The notes under the pieces are model-generated. The model was given only the letters and a program-made list of their open reading frames with translations. It was not told the DNA's origin and ran no database searches. The position numbers were made by a program, and so were the translations under genes. From positions 25,296,001 through 25,360,000 of the forward strand of contig OZ260665.1 of assembly GCA_965285935.1 (NCBI GenBank): a stretch of 64,000 nt of DNA. Direction: 5' to 3'. This document shows positions 63,726 through 64,000 of this stretch, one piece after another. Within the stretch, counting starts at the first letter, position 1. Each line of letters opens with the position of its first letter. This stretch comes from Ophelia neglecta (Eukaryota).

Positions 63726-64000
63726 TTAAAGTACTGGACTATATAAAATCCATGCAGTCTTAATGATATACAAACTAATGCATATTCTTAGTAACGTATT
63801 TACTGACAGGTGCCGTATCCGGTTGTCTAATCTTTTGTTTCTTTCATTTATTTGATCGAACATGCTGGCTAACAAATGAAGTCCCTGCAGCAATCTGGCA
63901 ATATTAATAGATTTATTTATCTCTATTAGAATAATAATTAAAATTATTGCATTAACTTCTTTGAGGTAGGAACGCACATCTGCATATATTATGTTGCCAT

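Overview
AT-rich genomic DNA from a eukaryote, most likely a marine invertebrate animal. This is inferred from spliceosomal introns, collagen/EGF/FAS1 genes and the transposon types present; the species cannot be named. Most of the supplied six-frame ORFs are spurious. Hand-built gene models, all on the + strand: (1) a 6-exon secreted protein with two fasciclin (FAS1) domains, 291 aa (9366-12680), which needs a GC-AG intron; (2) an 8-exon type I membrane protein of about 490 aa (15511-20179): signal peptide, collagen, 3 cbEGF repeats, TM helix and a cytoplasmic tail ending in a PDZ-type motif; (3) a family of small Cys-rich two-TM proteins I do not recognise, with two intact paralogs (35324-35683, 48907-49401) and one decayed copy (about 40480-40687). 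The rest is transposon-rich: dead RTE-X-like, L2-like and CR1-like LINE pieces; MITEs of MULE-, hAT-, Tc1/pogo- and Harbinger-like type; Helitron-like ends; SINE relics; a 2.6-kb element with minisatellite inverted ends and an 8-bp TSD that encloses other elements; and a near-identical 2.08-kb tandem duplication. There is a 262-N assembly gap. All coordinates and counts were read by hand and no database search was run.
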